Assembly: GCA_904063045.1 (NCBI GenBank)
Contig: CAJFCJ010000004.1
Span: forward strand, 1,729,713-1,793,712
Direction: 5' to 3'
Length of the DNA stretch: 64,000 bases
Source: Dimorphilus gyrociliatus
Lineage: Eukaryota; Animalia; Annelida
The stretch's first letter is position 1. Each line of letters starts with the position of its first letter. The notes beneath the pieces are model-generated. The model was not told where the DNA came from and did no database searches. It worked only from the letters and a program-made list of their open reading frames with translations. A program made the translations under genes and the position numbers. This document shows, piece after piece, positions 37,825-51,746 of this stretch.

Positions 37825-39489
37825 ATGGTAAGTAACTTATCTTACCCCTTGTTGCATAATAACTTTTAACTCAATATAATAGTTGTCACTTAAAATCAAA
37901 ACTCTATTACTATCCGCATTATCGCTCAATTATTATCGGTGCTCATGTTTTTCTACTAAGACAATCTTGTTTTTTTAACGTATCTGGCGTATTTTGATAA
38001 ATAGAGATTGTTGTTATTCATTTTTTTCCGAACGTCCGCTTTTGCTTTTTACTAGTGAGCAAAACTTTTCGGCAACTTCGTGTTATTTCTTAGTGATCTG
38101 TAGAATAAACATTCAATTTTCGTTTCGATTTTTTATTACCAATTGTAACGGAGTACGTGATATGTTATAAGACTTTTACAGATCAATATTTGAATATAAA
38201 AAAATAAAAATGTCTCGTTAACCCAATTTTTCTCCGAGTAAAACATTTTTACAAAACGACCGTTTCACCATCAATTATGAATGCTCTTTGAATTTTTATG
38301 AAGACGCACACAGTAAGGCGTCTTTGTTTCACATAATTAAGTCTGCCAGCATTCAATTTAGCGGCTCGGAAAAAGCGAGTAAAAATTGAATAGGATAAAA
38401 ATCATTAAATATAATAATTACGATTTTCGAGGGTATAATTACAGGCGTTTTTGCTTCGATCAATATAGACTATCGACTCTAGTCCAAAATAGTAAAGGAA
38501 AGAGGAAAAAACGGATAAAAAGACATTTTTAATCATTTAATTGAAAATATTAGAGGTTTTTTTTTCAAATTGAAACTTGGAGACCCTCTTAGTTGTAGCT
38601 TTATTTATAATTCATAGCGCAAACGCATTTTTTTTCGCTTTTCATTTATTTTCATAGCAATCTTGAATAATTTATTACCAACATTCGAAATTTTTCCCTC
38701 TGCTAATTGCTTTCTACACTTCCATTCATCTCTCTTCGCAACTTAAATAATCAGAATTAAAGAAAATCACTTTTCATAAATTTCACAAAAATTCAATATC
38801 GCTAAGAAATAGAATAGAAAGAAAGTTAAGGAGAAGGGAATGAAGAAGAAGAAGAAGAAGAAGAAGAAGAAGAAGAAGAAGAAGAAGAGGAGGAGGAGGG
38901 AGGATATAGATAGGTTGAGGGAGACAGAGAGAGAGAAAGAGAAGGGAAAAAGAAAGGAAAAAAAGAGATGGAAAGATATTTCTATATTTTTTTGTCTTCT
39001 TTTTTTCACCATCTCTAGTTTTGTCTTTTCAAATTATTACCTATCCAAGAAATCCTAGAAGTAGCGTGTAAAGACACTTTTCATAAATGTACAGAAGAGT
39101 ATTCATATGTTAATTGGCCTAATTTCGTTTTTCTAATAAAGTAGTAATTTTTCCCGCTTCATAGAAAATCAATAGAAATTATTTCTAATTGGCATATTAA
39201 AGTTTTCTTATGCACAGAATATACTAAATATATATCCGTAAATTATATACATAGTATACATATAAACTGTACATACATATATACCATAAATTTATATACG
39301 TATATATATATGTATATATATATATATATATATTAATTTATATATATATATATATATAATAGGTATATAATGTTATGTTTTTCTTAATTAAAAAGTATAT
39401 TTATAAATAAATATAACTTTTTTTTTTAATAATTAGAAATATAAAAATACAAATAGAAACAAACAGATATATAGACTTAATATAAATAC

Positions 39490-39522
<33 letters not shown>

Positions 39523-39759
39523 TGTATTTATATAAATATAAGATATATATATATATATTTATTTATTTATAAACTAAAGGATATAATTTTTTTACTAGAA
39601 AATATTTCGGATGATGAATAGCATTGTGATAATTTTTTTTTTTTATAATTTTTGTCATATTCTCTGCACGAGCGTGTGAAGGTTTTCAATTTCGAAACGT
39701 TTTTAAGCAGTATTGTTTTTATGATAAATGGCTTTGTGTTTCTGCTTTTGATAACATAG

Positions 39760-39795
<36 letters not shown>

Positions 39796-42700
39796 CACTC
39801 TATATATACTCTATATATACTATATATATATATATACATGCAACACCACATATTCACTTATTTATTTATTTTTACCTAAGCCTATCCTCTTTTCGCATAA
39901 AATATACAAGTTTTAAAATATACAGTCAAAATATTCTACTCTTTGAAAAAGTTTTCTTTTTTATAATATTTCTAAAAAAAGAGAATAAAACAAAAAGAAA
40001 CAACAAAAACATAAAAAAAGAGTATTTAATTATTAAAATAATAATAATAAATAATGCGAATAATGCTAATAATAAATTTAAAATAAGAGAAAAGTAATAT
40101 TTTAAAAGTAAAATGAAAAATTGCTTTTGGAAGAATAAAGGAAAAAAAAGGAGAAAAAGAAAAAGAAAAAAAAAAAGATTGAACAAAAAAAAAGAAGAAA
40201 AAGAAGGAAAAAGTAGGATGAAACAAAGAAAAAGGAAAAAAATAATAAAGAAGACGAGTGAAAAAATAAGGAACAAGAAAAATTTTCAGTTTCATAAATA
40301 TAAAAGAACCAAAAGCAGCGTGTAGTTTGGGTAAAAAAAACTGGCTGCCTGTGCCGACGTGCAGCTCGCTAGCTGAGGCATTTTTTTGTATGAGACGAGC
40401 TAAATCAATACTTTTTTACTTTTTCTGCATTCTTTTTGTTACGGCGCACTCCAATATCAGGTCAGATGCGCGGTGCGTGCGTTCGAGTGCACTAGTCTTA
40501 AAAATTCCCTATAATTTTTCTTGATGCAAAAGTTTACTTAACATGTTCCAGGACTTAGATTTTGCGCATGCGCAGAAGGCATCGAAGAGGAGGAGAAAAC
40601 AAACGGCGCCAACGAGATATTTGAAAGAGGCTAACGAGGAAATCACTTCAAAAGGTAAAGATGAGCCAGAAGTTCAACAAACTTGCCTACAACGACAACT
40701 TATGCAAAAGTCACCGGAACATAAGAAAGAAGAAGAAAATCTTCTTCACATTCCTGAATTCGTCCCTCAGAATCAACCGACTCATTTGTTACAAGACTAC
40801 CATCAACTTATGGATCGATTACAAAGGAACCAAGTGTTTAATGAACAGTTAAGAATTGCCGAATTACTTTATCCTTCGGCGTCGAATACTTTCAATAGCC
40901 AATTTGCCTATAATTCTCAAAAAGACTCTATTTTCTCATCTCCGTGGCCAAGCGGCGGAAGAAAATTACCGGACGGTGTTGAATTGGTCACTTTAATTTG
41001 TAGGAACAAACAAGGAAAATCTGTGAAATTACAGGTAGAAATGGATGTCGGAACCGACCCTCATAGTTTATCGGCCAACGATATTGCCGCCCTAAGGGCT
41101 CGAGGCGTCTATAGAGGGCGTCCGAGACTGGACCAACGCGTTTATCATCTCGATATCATCCTGGGTACAAACGATTGTAAGGTACCCGAATACGAAACCA
41201 TAACAATATTATGTAAAGACCAAAGAGGTGGACCTATGAAATTACAACTAAACGTTCCGACCAATATCAATCCGGAAACGCTCACCGTCGAGCAGATTAC
41301 TGAATTAAGGCGGAACGCCACTGCCCATGGTCGACCAGCTTTAAGTAGGAAAGTCATCAAATTGGACATATGTCTACCAAGAAATATCGCTACGAAGATG
41401 GTTAAATCGTGTCCTCACTGCCCTTACGCGACTTCAATATCGGAAGCGTTGGAAAGGCATATAAAAACGATTCATTTGGACTCGGCCATTGTCTTGGAGA
41501 GCGAGGGAAAATCTCTACCGTGCAGGGTACGTACAAAGAAAAGGAAAAAAAAAAAAAACAAAAAAAAAGAACTCTGTGACATAACGCAGCTATCGACGAA
41601 TAAGCTCGTAAAAAAGATAGATGGAAATTTTTTATGTTCCTACAATTTTTCTTCCCTCCGCAGGCGCCCGGGTGCAATTATATGGCGTATGACACCGCCG
41701 CTCTGGTGGCACACCAGGTCACAGTTCACGAAAAATCTTATCGGTCACGTAATGAGGAAGATATCGCTCTAGATTTGACCGGGGAAAATAATAATGTGGA
41801 AAACAATCACAGGTGAGAGAGCGACGGAATAACCTATTCATTCTCCAATTGAATTTCTACTCTGTCGGTAGAAATTGATTAATTTCTTATGAAGGCTATA
41901 GATGAAATATGCAGCGGGGCGGCGACGGAGAAAATATTGATAAAATTTGAATAATAGAACGTTACAAAAAAATTTTTTTTGCCAAAGTCAACACCGCTCA
42001 TAATAAATTCTATTTTATTACGTTTTTTTCTATCGAGTGGAGGAAATCAAATAAAGTCCGCTATAAATTGCGGCCAGGTGCTCGCCCCTAACCCAAAACG
42101 TGTATTATTACAAGGCGGCGATTTTTTTTCCTTTTTTTTTTCTATTTTTTTTTCTTTTTTTTTTTTATTCTTAAAATTCCAACCCCACTTTTTTTTTACT
42201 TCTTTCAGATGCGAACCCAACGTTGATTCCGATTCCAGTGATATTAAAGGTATTACAACCTGTTCTATTCCATTAGTTTTTATTATTAATATTATTGTTT
42301 CTTTTTCTTTATTTCTTTCTTTCGTTATTCTTTTCACTATTCTTATCACTTGTTTCTACGTGTAAAGCTACTTTACTTTCACTGCTCTTTATATAGTATA
42401 TTTCTATTTCTTTCTCTATCTCTCACTTCTTCAGACCCCCTTACCCCCAATCGCCCCCTCCCTTTGTCAAATGCTTCCTTCCCCCCGCCTCCAACCTCTC
42501 AACCCCCCTCCCCCTCCTTCCTTCTCCCTCTCTTTTCTTTTTTTTACGCGTTTAAATCAATTTTTTTTAACAACGCCGTATGCACCTGCATGCTAAAGCT
42601 TTAAGTTTGATTGATGGTGTACGCGAAGAGAACTTTTTTTATATACTTTTAACGTCGTCTTTCTTAAAGATCTTATACAATCTTTTGTTCTCACAGATTA

Positions 42701-42887
42701 TTCTCTGAATTCCGATTCGTCCAATGGTAACGTCGATTTTCCAAACCAGGAAAAATTTAACGCCTGCGATTTATGTACTTACAAATCAAAAACTCGTAGT
42801 AATCTTTACGTTCACATGCGTAAAGTGCACCAGGTGGAGCCTCAATTGAGAAAACCCGGTAGGAAAAGAAAGTCGGTCGTTGTCTAA
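37825..42887 (+). CDS. C2H2 zinc-finger protein with three dispersed fingers and a duplicated domain of about 62 aa. Exons: ATG 37825-37827 (tentative; or start at 40543), 40552-41526, 41664-41812, 42209-42249, 42697-42887.
   Basis: Fingers CPHCPYATSISEALERHIKTIH, CR|APGCNYMAYDTAALVAHQVTVH and CDLCTYKSKTRSNLYVHMRKVH. N-terminal KRRRKQTAPTR and an ALDLT motif. Exon phases are consistent. Confidence 0.85.
38842..38898 (+). repeat. (GAA)15(GAG)4 trinucleotide repeat
   Basis: Perfect GAA run 38842-38886, then GAG units. Confidence 0.95.
39230..40320. repeat. Low-complexity region (TA microsatellites and A-rich purine tracts), probably intronic
   Basis: Several TA runs and poly-purine A/G tracts; these generate the poly-Lys and poly-Phe spurious ORFs. 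Confidence 0.85.
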
Positions 42888-44309
42888 GTAACGCAGTATT
42901 TTTTGTATTCGTTAAAAGAGGGACGCCGCTTGTATTGATTCGGTGTTTTTTTATTTCTCTTTTTTTATCCCTTCTTTCTTTCTCTCTCTTTCCTCTCTCT
43001 CTCTCTCATTATACTTTGCATCATTTCGTATTGACGATTCCGTTTATTAGTACTTTTTGTAAGAAAAAAAACTCTCTCCCAGAAGATGGCGCTTAAGATC
43101 ATTGAAAAAATGGTAACTTTTAAAAAGTTTTAGAAAGAAAAAGTATAAAGAAAAACATTAGATATCTCGCGCCAATTTTCTCAATTTCCCATTAAAGGGA
43201 TAGCGTTATTTATATCTACTGCTATATTGATTTGCTCATTAGACAAATAATGAATACCTGCGGAAATCTTGAAGGAATCGTATTTTTTAGGCCTAACATA
43301 TACTCAAAAATATTGAAAAAAAACGAAGAAAACCAAAGAAAAAAAAGCAAACCAAACAAACAAAAGATGTATTCTCACGAACTATCCTCTATTTTTACTT
43401 CGGCGCTATAAAAAAAAATAAAAGAAAAGGACGAAAGAATAAAGAGAAGAAGAAAAAAAAACACCGGATGTATTCCGTCGATTATTTTATACAGAATCCT
43501 CCTCCCCCCGGTTAATTCAGTAAATAGAACCGATGTAACTATCTTGTGTTCCGTTTTTTTCCCCCTTTTTTTTAATTTTCCTTCTATTTTTATTCGTTTT
43601 TGTTTGTTTAAGAAACAAAAATTATATCGTTTTGTGCTTTGTATATTCAGGAAGAAACTCCTTATCTGCTATATTTTTTTTTGTTAATGTAGAATGAGAA
43701 AAGTATAAATTATGTATTATTGTATATTCTACATACAAACAAAGTTTTAATACACGTATAATAATTATTATAATAATCAATACTCTTTCAATACGTTTTT
43801 CCCTAATCACAGATGGATAGAGGGGAAACGAGATAATAATAGTTAAAAAAACTATGGATATGAGAGAGACAATAAAAAAAGAGACAGAGAAAAATGAAAA
43901 ATGAAAGGAAAGGAATAGAATTATTAACATTAAAGAGAAAAGAAGTGAAATATTCACCTTTTTTTCTCATTAATATTCACAAAGTAACAAATAAAATAAA
44001 TATATTTTGGATCTCATTTAAATATTAAAATTATTTATAAGAAAGAAAAAAAAAGGTTAAATCAGAGAAAAGATTTATTTTTTTCTTTTTTATTCATTAA
44101 AAAAATGTTTATGGTGTTTTAGTCTTTTATTTCTTGTATATTTTTTGTTTGTTTGTATATAATACGAGTGTAAGAAGTGTAAACATTATTTCATTGTAAT
44201 TTTAATTCTTTGTTCATTTTTTTTAATTAATTAGTTATTATTATTATCATTACTATTACTATGACCATTATTTTGTTAACTTTTCACTTTAAGTTGATAA
44301 ACCATTTAT

Positions 44310-46830
44310 TTAGTATCGGATCTTTTGGTTTAGAATATCTTCATAGGCTTGTTTATCTAGAGGTTTATACTCTCCTAATTTAACGTCGAGGTAATATAAA
44401 GGATCTTTTGTTTGGTTCGGATCGTATCCTTCTTTTCTGTACTCAGTTTTCTTTAATTTGAACGTTCCTAACAAAGATACGATATAGATGTTTAAAAAAA
44501 GAATTAAGATTTTTACTTAATATTGATAAGATAAGATGAGCACATTGTACAAACCTGTTGTGTCTACGTTCTTTAAAATTCTTATAAATAACGGTCTTGC
44601 ATAAGCTGGCAAAGATATTTGCAAGTCTTTATATAATTTTACCAAATCCAATTGATTGTTTTCGTCTACAATGGCAACCATCCCAGCTCTTCCTTCTTGT
44701 CCGGGTAGTTCAACACCGTATGCAACGGCGTCATTAAGTTTAACAATATTACTAACTGTTGCTTCAACCTCTGCTGTTGAGACATTTTCGCCTTTCCACC
44801 TGAATGTGTCACCAGTTCTATCTTTGAAAAATACATAACCCAATTCGTCCATTTCCAAAACGTCTCCAGTCAAAAACGCTAAATCACCTTTAGTAAAGAC
44901 ATCTCTAGCAATTTTCTTTTCAGTGGCGGATTTATTGGCGTATCCGTCAAAGTTTCTTAGGGGATCAGATTTGATAATTTTTCCAACCATTTCTCCCCTT
45001 TCACCTGGTTTACAACGAATACAAATTCCATTGCGATCACGAATTGGTTCGCCAGTGTAGGGATCAACTTTAATTAAGGTTACTGGGTAGGCAAATGGGG
45101 CAACAACAGACATAAAACCAATAGCTCCTACGGTATTGTCAGTGTTAGCTGTAAAAAGAAAAAACAAAAAAGATAGTAAAACTTTAATCCTATAGCTAGA
45201 ACTGAGATTTACCGATATTGGCATTTCCTTCAGTCGCTCCATAAAATTCTCCGATTCTCTCTACGTTGAATCGTTCACTAAATTCTCTCCAAATTTGGGG
45301 CCTAATGCCATTTCCAAAAGCTAAGGATACCCTATGTCGTTTTTCTGATGATCTAAATGGCTAAAAATTAAACAAATAAAAGTTCATTATTAATTATTAA
45401 GATATTAAACAACAGATAATTATGTACCTGAGCTAAGAGATAACGACAAATTTCCCCAATGTACTGAGCTTGAGTACAGTTGTACTTGACACAATCATCC
45501 CAAAAACGGGATGCAGAAAATTTCTTTCGTATTACTGTAGTTGCTCCATTTACTAATACCTTAATAATTTTTTGAACAAGATGATAAGATAAGATCATGA
45601 CGATACTACAGCTAAAAACTTACTTGGCCAATTCCCAAGATTCCACCTGCTGTATGATAAAGTGGTAATGTATCATAAGTCACGGCATCCTTTCTCATAG
45701 AGAGAAGTCGGTTCAAACCAAAAGCCATGTAAAAGAATCTGGAATGAATAACAACTGCTGCCTTTGGAAGGCCAGTTGTTCCCGAAGTATATATGTATAT
45801 AAGTTTTCCATTAAAATCTGTAACAAATTCTTTAGGTGCAGGTAATTTTGACACTGTTGATATTTCCTTATCCAAATGAACAGATTCAACAACCGATGAA
45901 TCATATTTCTCACCCCAACCGTACAATTTAACAGATTTCTCCAGATCGGGTTTAATGTCCCTGATAGCTATATTCCATTATGAACAGAAAATGTTAACAT
46001 AATTAATCAAATGTCAATATATGATTATAGACTTACCATCACCGATTTCTCCATCAAAGATTACACCTTTACTATTAACAATATTAATACAATGACTTAA
46101 GGATTTAAGTCTTAAATTATTATTAATAAGGGCTGGTAATACACCAATCTTCGCCATTCCTAACCATATGCATACATATTCGGGTCGGTTAAGCATGAAT
46201 AAAGCAATAGTATCTCCTTGTCTGTAACCTTCTTTGTATAAGTAGTTTGCAACTTGATTGGAATAATCTTCAACTTCTTGATATGTCCATTCTTTACCAT
46301 CAACTTCGATGTAAGCAACCTTTATTTGATTGTTTTTAAAGATGTTATTTTACATTAATTAATGGAATGAATTAGTCATTTTGTAATTACTTTGTTAGGG
46401 TGTTTTCTAACATTTTCTCTAAAGATATCTGGAATACCTTTGCGTTCTGCTGTATAACGCTTCATGATTCTTTTGGCTTTGATTAGTACCACCAGAGCTC
46501 TGCAGAAAAAGAATATCTGACACATGTATGTAAAGTAGACATATTGAGACCAATGAGCCCAAGAAGAGAAAAATATGGATAAAAAACAAACCGAAGATCT
46601 CTTGGAAGAGTAAGGCATGCGATTCTTACAAACTTCCATCCTCCTGAGAGTAGATAGACAATAAAAGTAAGAGCTAGGGCCCAACAAAGAGAGAAATCAA
46701 AGTAGACCCAAAGAACACCGAGAAGAGCTCCAAAGCCAGCTAGTTTGAGCATGATTCTTGCTATTTCAGAATGAACTACTCTACTAAGAAGGCTCGCAAA
46801 TGTGAACACTAGCGGCCTCCGTCTAATCAT
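44310..46830 (-). CDS. FATP: Long-chain fatty acid transport protein / very-long-chain acyl-CoA synthetase (SLC27A1/4-like); start at 46830 or 46752
   Basis: AMP-binding motif [48 protein letters not shown], and C-terminal T|[17 protein letters not shown]. Confidence 0.95.
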
Positions 46831-47498
46831 TAATCATAGTGTGTAAATTTTGTATTTTGAACTTTGTTCAGCTATCAGACCGATTGTCCGTCAGACAGGC
46901 CCTTTAATAATCCGCGATTAAATATAGTTCCTTTGAAAAATTACTTAAAATAGCACTTTCTTATTATTATATAAAAATTATATTAAATTAACCAAAAATA
47001 ATTCAGAATTACCTTTAATCTGCTTTAATATAGATGAAGTAACGTGATTTTAATAATTGTGTAGGAATATTGAACTATCTAAAAGAATATTTCGCCGCGG
47101 TTAACTAAACGGGCAAGCGTCACCACAGTAACGCTTTTCGCCTTTTAACAAGTTTTACGTTAAAAAAAACATTTTTATTTTTTTATATCGTTTAAGCTGT
47201 GTTTAATTATTCAAAATGTGCTAATAAAATCTGATTAACTATAAGAAATTAATGTGTTTTTTTTAAGATTCACGCCTGGAAATAGAACTTTGTTCAAGTA
47301 CTTGGCCAATGTAATGATTAGCGGTTGGGTTCAATTATCAAAAATTACTAACTGCAAGTTCGACAAAGAATTACTTGAATCAAAGGTTGAAATTATAAGT
47401 CACTTTTTTTGGACAAGTGTTACAGATTAACTAACTATCTGTTTCTAGTATACATCATATGACATTGTTACTTTTGAATAGATTTCCTCAGTTGTATT

Positions 47499-50400
47499 TT
47501 ATTTTTCGTAATTATTTACAGAATTTTGAACAATATGCTGCTGTAAAGAATCTTGCGCAGTTTTCCACTGATGCATTTTAATTGAAAACTGCAAAATTAA
47601 AGAATAAAAATAGTATTATCCTTAATAAAAGAATAGAGAAAAGAAATAAATTACATACTTGTATTTCTATTGGTGGTGGTATTACAATTTCTTCTTCCTG
47701 AACTGGAATATTTGATTTTAATTTGTCCTTTTTATCCTTTTTATCTTTATCTTTTTCCCTTTCTAGTTTAGTAGAAAAATAGAGATAAAACAATACCAAA
47801 AATCCATTTAGATAATATGTGTTAAAACGGACAGTTGATTAGGATTTTTGAAAAAAATAGATATACTCAAAACTAGTATCTATTATAATCAATTTTAGAT
47901 GCTTGAACCTACCTTTGTTCATCTTATTATCTTTTTTGCCTGTTAAACGTAAAAGTGCGCAGGATATGGAAAGAGCATGCATTTTGTTAGCTAGGCCTAA
48001 TAGGTGATACAAAAGGCAAAGGGATGCTTGTTATCTGACTAATTTACCTTTTTGCGGTTTTACAGGTTTTCCCCCTGATTCTGGTCGTTTCAGTTTTTCA
48101 ACAACTGTTGCTTCTGACCCATCAAGAGGTTTGAATAATGTTTTCTCTATAAGTGCATCACCGTATAAGAAATCATCAATTTCCAATTTCCAACAAGCAA
48201 GTTTTGTAAGACCGGCTGGTTTATGGATGAATTCTTGTTCGTTATCTTTTTTCTTCTTCTAAAGAATGGAATTATCTATTAATTATAAAGATTATTATAA
48301 AGCCTATAACTAATTTCTTCGAATAACTTAGATCATCCGATTAACAGCACCACAAATATCGACTGGCCTACCTTTTTCTTCTCGGCCGACTTATTATTTT
48401 TGGCATTCTTATCCTTATCAGCCTTTCCCTTATTCTTTAAAAAAAAAGCAAGCAAAAATTTTGTGCTAACAAACAAAAAAGTGTGCATGTAAGAAAAAAA
48501 ACAAACAAATATCTAATTCATTCAAAGAAAATATACCCGTCAACCATTAGATTATTGTTATATATTAGTGTAAAATTCATCGTATTTAATAATTATATAC
48601 TATTACAATGTATATAATGTATATAAAATACTTTACATTCATACAAAAAGGTTTATTTGTATAAATATAACAAAAAATAATTATATATAATATAATGTGT
48701 ATTAGACCTATATGCTGATGGTGGTTTCTAGCTTTTATATATACCTTATGGTCTCTTTTGTCAGGTTTTGTTTTATTTTTATCCTTCTTCTTACTATCGC
48801 TTCTCATGGAACCAGTTTCAATTTCATCTTCCATCTCCGGTGGATAGGCTAAGATCTATTGAACAATAAGAGCAACTATGTTCTAATGTTTTTAAGAGTT
48901 AGTTGACTTCAACAAACCTTTTCCTCTACTAGTTCAACGTTCATTTCTTTCGTTAAAAAATTACGTAATGAAAGAAGGTCATCTCTAGCTATCGTATCCT
49001 TCCATTCAATCATTAATTCTCCAGGTGCCCATGGTACTTTTGATGACTGGTTTTTAAGGAAACTTCAGTTGTTTCTACAACGTATACACGCGTTCAAATC
49101 AATAAAACTTACCTTGACATGCGTAGTTCCATCTTCAACATTCTCTTGAATTGGGGATTGGATAATTACAGGAGATTGAGCTAGAACTGTAAAACAATCA
49201 ACGGCTTAACATTGATAATGAATTGTCGTATTTTTTTTTACCAGAATGTCCCATAGAACTTTGCTGTCTGCTCGTTAATTGTTCATCATCCGCTTCTGAA
49301 TCTCGAAAACTAGGCTTGTTTGTAGAAATATCATCATCGTCCATAATCTCTAGAACATCTGCACCGCTTGATTCTTGTTTAAGAAAGGTAAATTGGACAA
49401 AATAGTTTCGGATAATCTTGGGATATTCAGGAAAATTTTCGGGTTCCTTATGTTTTAATCACATAAATAAATAAAAATTAAACAAATCCAGTAGACTCTT
49501 ATCTTTAATTAAATTACCTTAACTTCATCTGGAATTGGAATATTTTTAATATACGAAACATCGAAGTCAAAATTAGCTTCATTAAGTACTGATTCTAAAA
49601 AATGAATAGATTAATTATAGCATTGAATAATTGAAAACGAAATCAATTTACCTCCTCTTCTTGAAAGTCCTTTGAAGTGATGTTTTTCATCAGCGGTTAT
49701 TGGTCTATCGTCTAAATAAGCTAGTTTCCTTAGACAGTCTATTGTATAGCCCCGATAACCAGGAATGAGCTAATAGTAATTGTAAAATTAGCTTTGCTCA
49801 AATGTTTGGTTTACAAATAGAATTACATACTGATATGGGATTTCCTTGTAAGATTAAATTACGTAACTTGGGTAAAGTTTGTAACTTTCCAATAATATCA
49901 TGTAAATCGCTTAAATCGTTAAAGCTCATATCTAGACTTAGAAGGTTTGGCCTGTTTTACAAAGAATTAATCGTTATCACTTATTTTTTTTTTGATCAGA
50001 TAAACAAACCAAAATCCTCCTGTTATATAATCATCAGTTGTATTTATTATATTTCTTCCTAAGCCTAAATGTAATAACGGCGGTGGTTTAGAACATAAAT
50101 CAGCTAGGCTAGAAATTTCATTTGCGTAAAGTTCTAAAACCTGAATAATAATTAAATATAATATTAAAAAAAAACAATAATATAGCATAAAAACACACTA
50201 CGAAATGAGCTAATCAATTCATTACCTGTAATTTCTTCGGTAAATGATGCGATTCAATCGATTGAATATGATTTGCCGTTAAAGTTAATTGTTCCAAGTT
50301 TGTCAACAACAGCATTTTGGCATCAATTTCTCTAATCTAAAAAAATGAGGTCATTAAAAAATTTGTAATTTTAAAGATAATAATCTTTTAATAACATTTT

Positions 50401-50915
50401 TATCAGAGATTTTTAGCGATTTAAAGAATTCAAAAATAAATTTTTCATTAAGCATCCATGGCGAATGAATAGCAAACTTTCTTAAATCTTCAGCTTCGTC
50501 ACTCCAACTGTAATCCTCTTTCCATGGAGATTGTTTAATCTTTGTCAATTCTTGAAGATTATCAACTTTTTCATGCTTGACTCCATAGTCTATTTTGATA
50601 AAAGAGTGTTCATTAATGAATGATTATATTTTGATTTTATGTTGAATTTACCTTTTAGTGTAACTGAAAATTTCGATTCAATTGTGTCAATATGTTCAAT
50701 TTTCTTTTTTTTACTTTTATGATTTTCCCTCTTTATAGATATATATATTGATGTAATACATAAAATTACATTTAAACAATGAATATATATTAAGTTATAA
50801 AGCTTATTACCCAATTTCCCATTCCGCAAGGAAAATCATTTAGGCAAAGCGACTTTAACAACGCTTCAAAAGCTGTGAATGCAGTTTGATATTTTACTGT
50901 TGTTATATTTTCCAT
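47499..50915 (-). CDS. LRRC43: Leucine-rich repeat-containing protein 43-like (multi-exon)
   Basis: LKSLCLNDFPCGNG, VLELYANEISSLADLCSKPPPLLHLGLGRN, W|PNLLSLDMSFNDL, LRNLILQGNPIS|LIPGYRGYTIDCL and a KDKKDK-rich C-terminus match my recollection of LRRC43. Confidence 0.85.
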
Positions 50916-51746
50916 ATTTTGTCTTGTATCTTTTTAAAATAAATTAAATTCCTAATGAAAACACAAATAAAGATTCATTTGCTTTATTTAAAGTAAAATA
51001 TTCTGGTTACTAAGCACACCATTTTGACACAAATTTATACCAGTTTACGTACAACAATAGATTTATATAGACCTAGTGATAAAAAGCAGAAATCATTCTC
51101 CCTTATGTTTATTTTATTAAAGATTTTTCGATACTAAACTACAAAATACATAAGTTTAGTTAATAAGAAAGTCAAATACTACTCAACATGTAGTAAGATT
51201 AGATTAATTAATTGGCTATTTTAATAGTAAATAGTAAAAGTTTAAAAAAAAACATATATTGTATAATTCCTACTATGATACATGACTTGTTTTTAAAAGT
51301 AGAATACAATATATAAAATAACCTTGGCCCGGACCATTAAAAAGAAATAAAAATTTGATTTCCCAAATAGTTAATTACCTCTTTTAAAGCGTTTGAAGCA
51401 TTTTTTCAAAAAGCTTTAGCTATAAAATATACACATTTTATGTGGACGAGATTTCACAACAAAATTTATATCATATTTCAATTGAACAATAAAATCTTTC
51501 GCCTGTCAATAAAGCTATCTTCTTTTTTTTTATCATTTTTCTATTTTAGTGTAACATAAATACAGATATAAAACATTCTTTGTTTTCTGGTCTTTCGCAC
51601 TGTTGAAACAATCAAAAATTTTCCTTTTCTTTGAGGACTTTGCTCTTTGGGATTGGTATTTTTGTTTGTTATTCAAGTTTGTCTTTTATCTTTCCCTTTT
51701 CTTGTAGAAATTACATGTTTTGTATAAAATGTATAATACTATATAG

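Noticed and set aside
38767-40325. Poly-Lys and poly-Phe ORFs
   Set aside because: Artefacts of GAA and A-rich low-complexity sequence.
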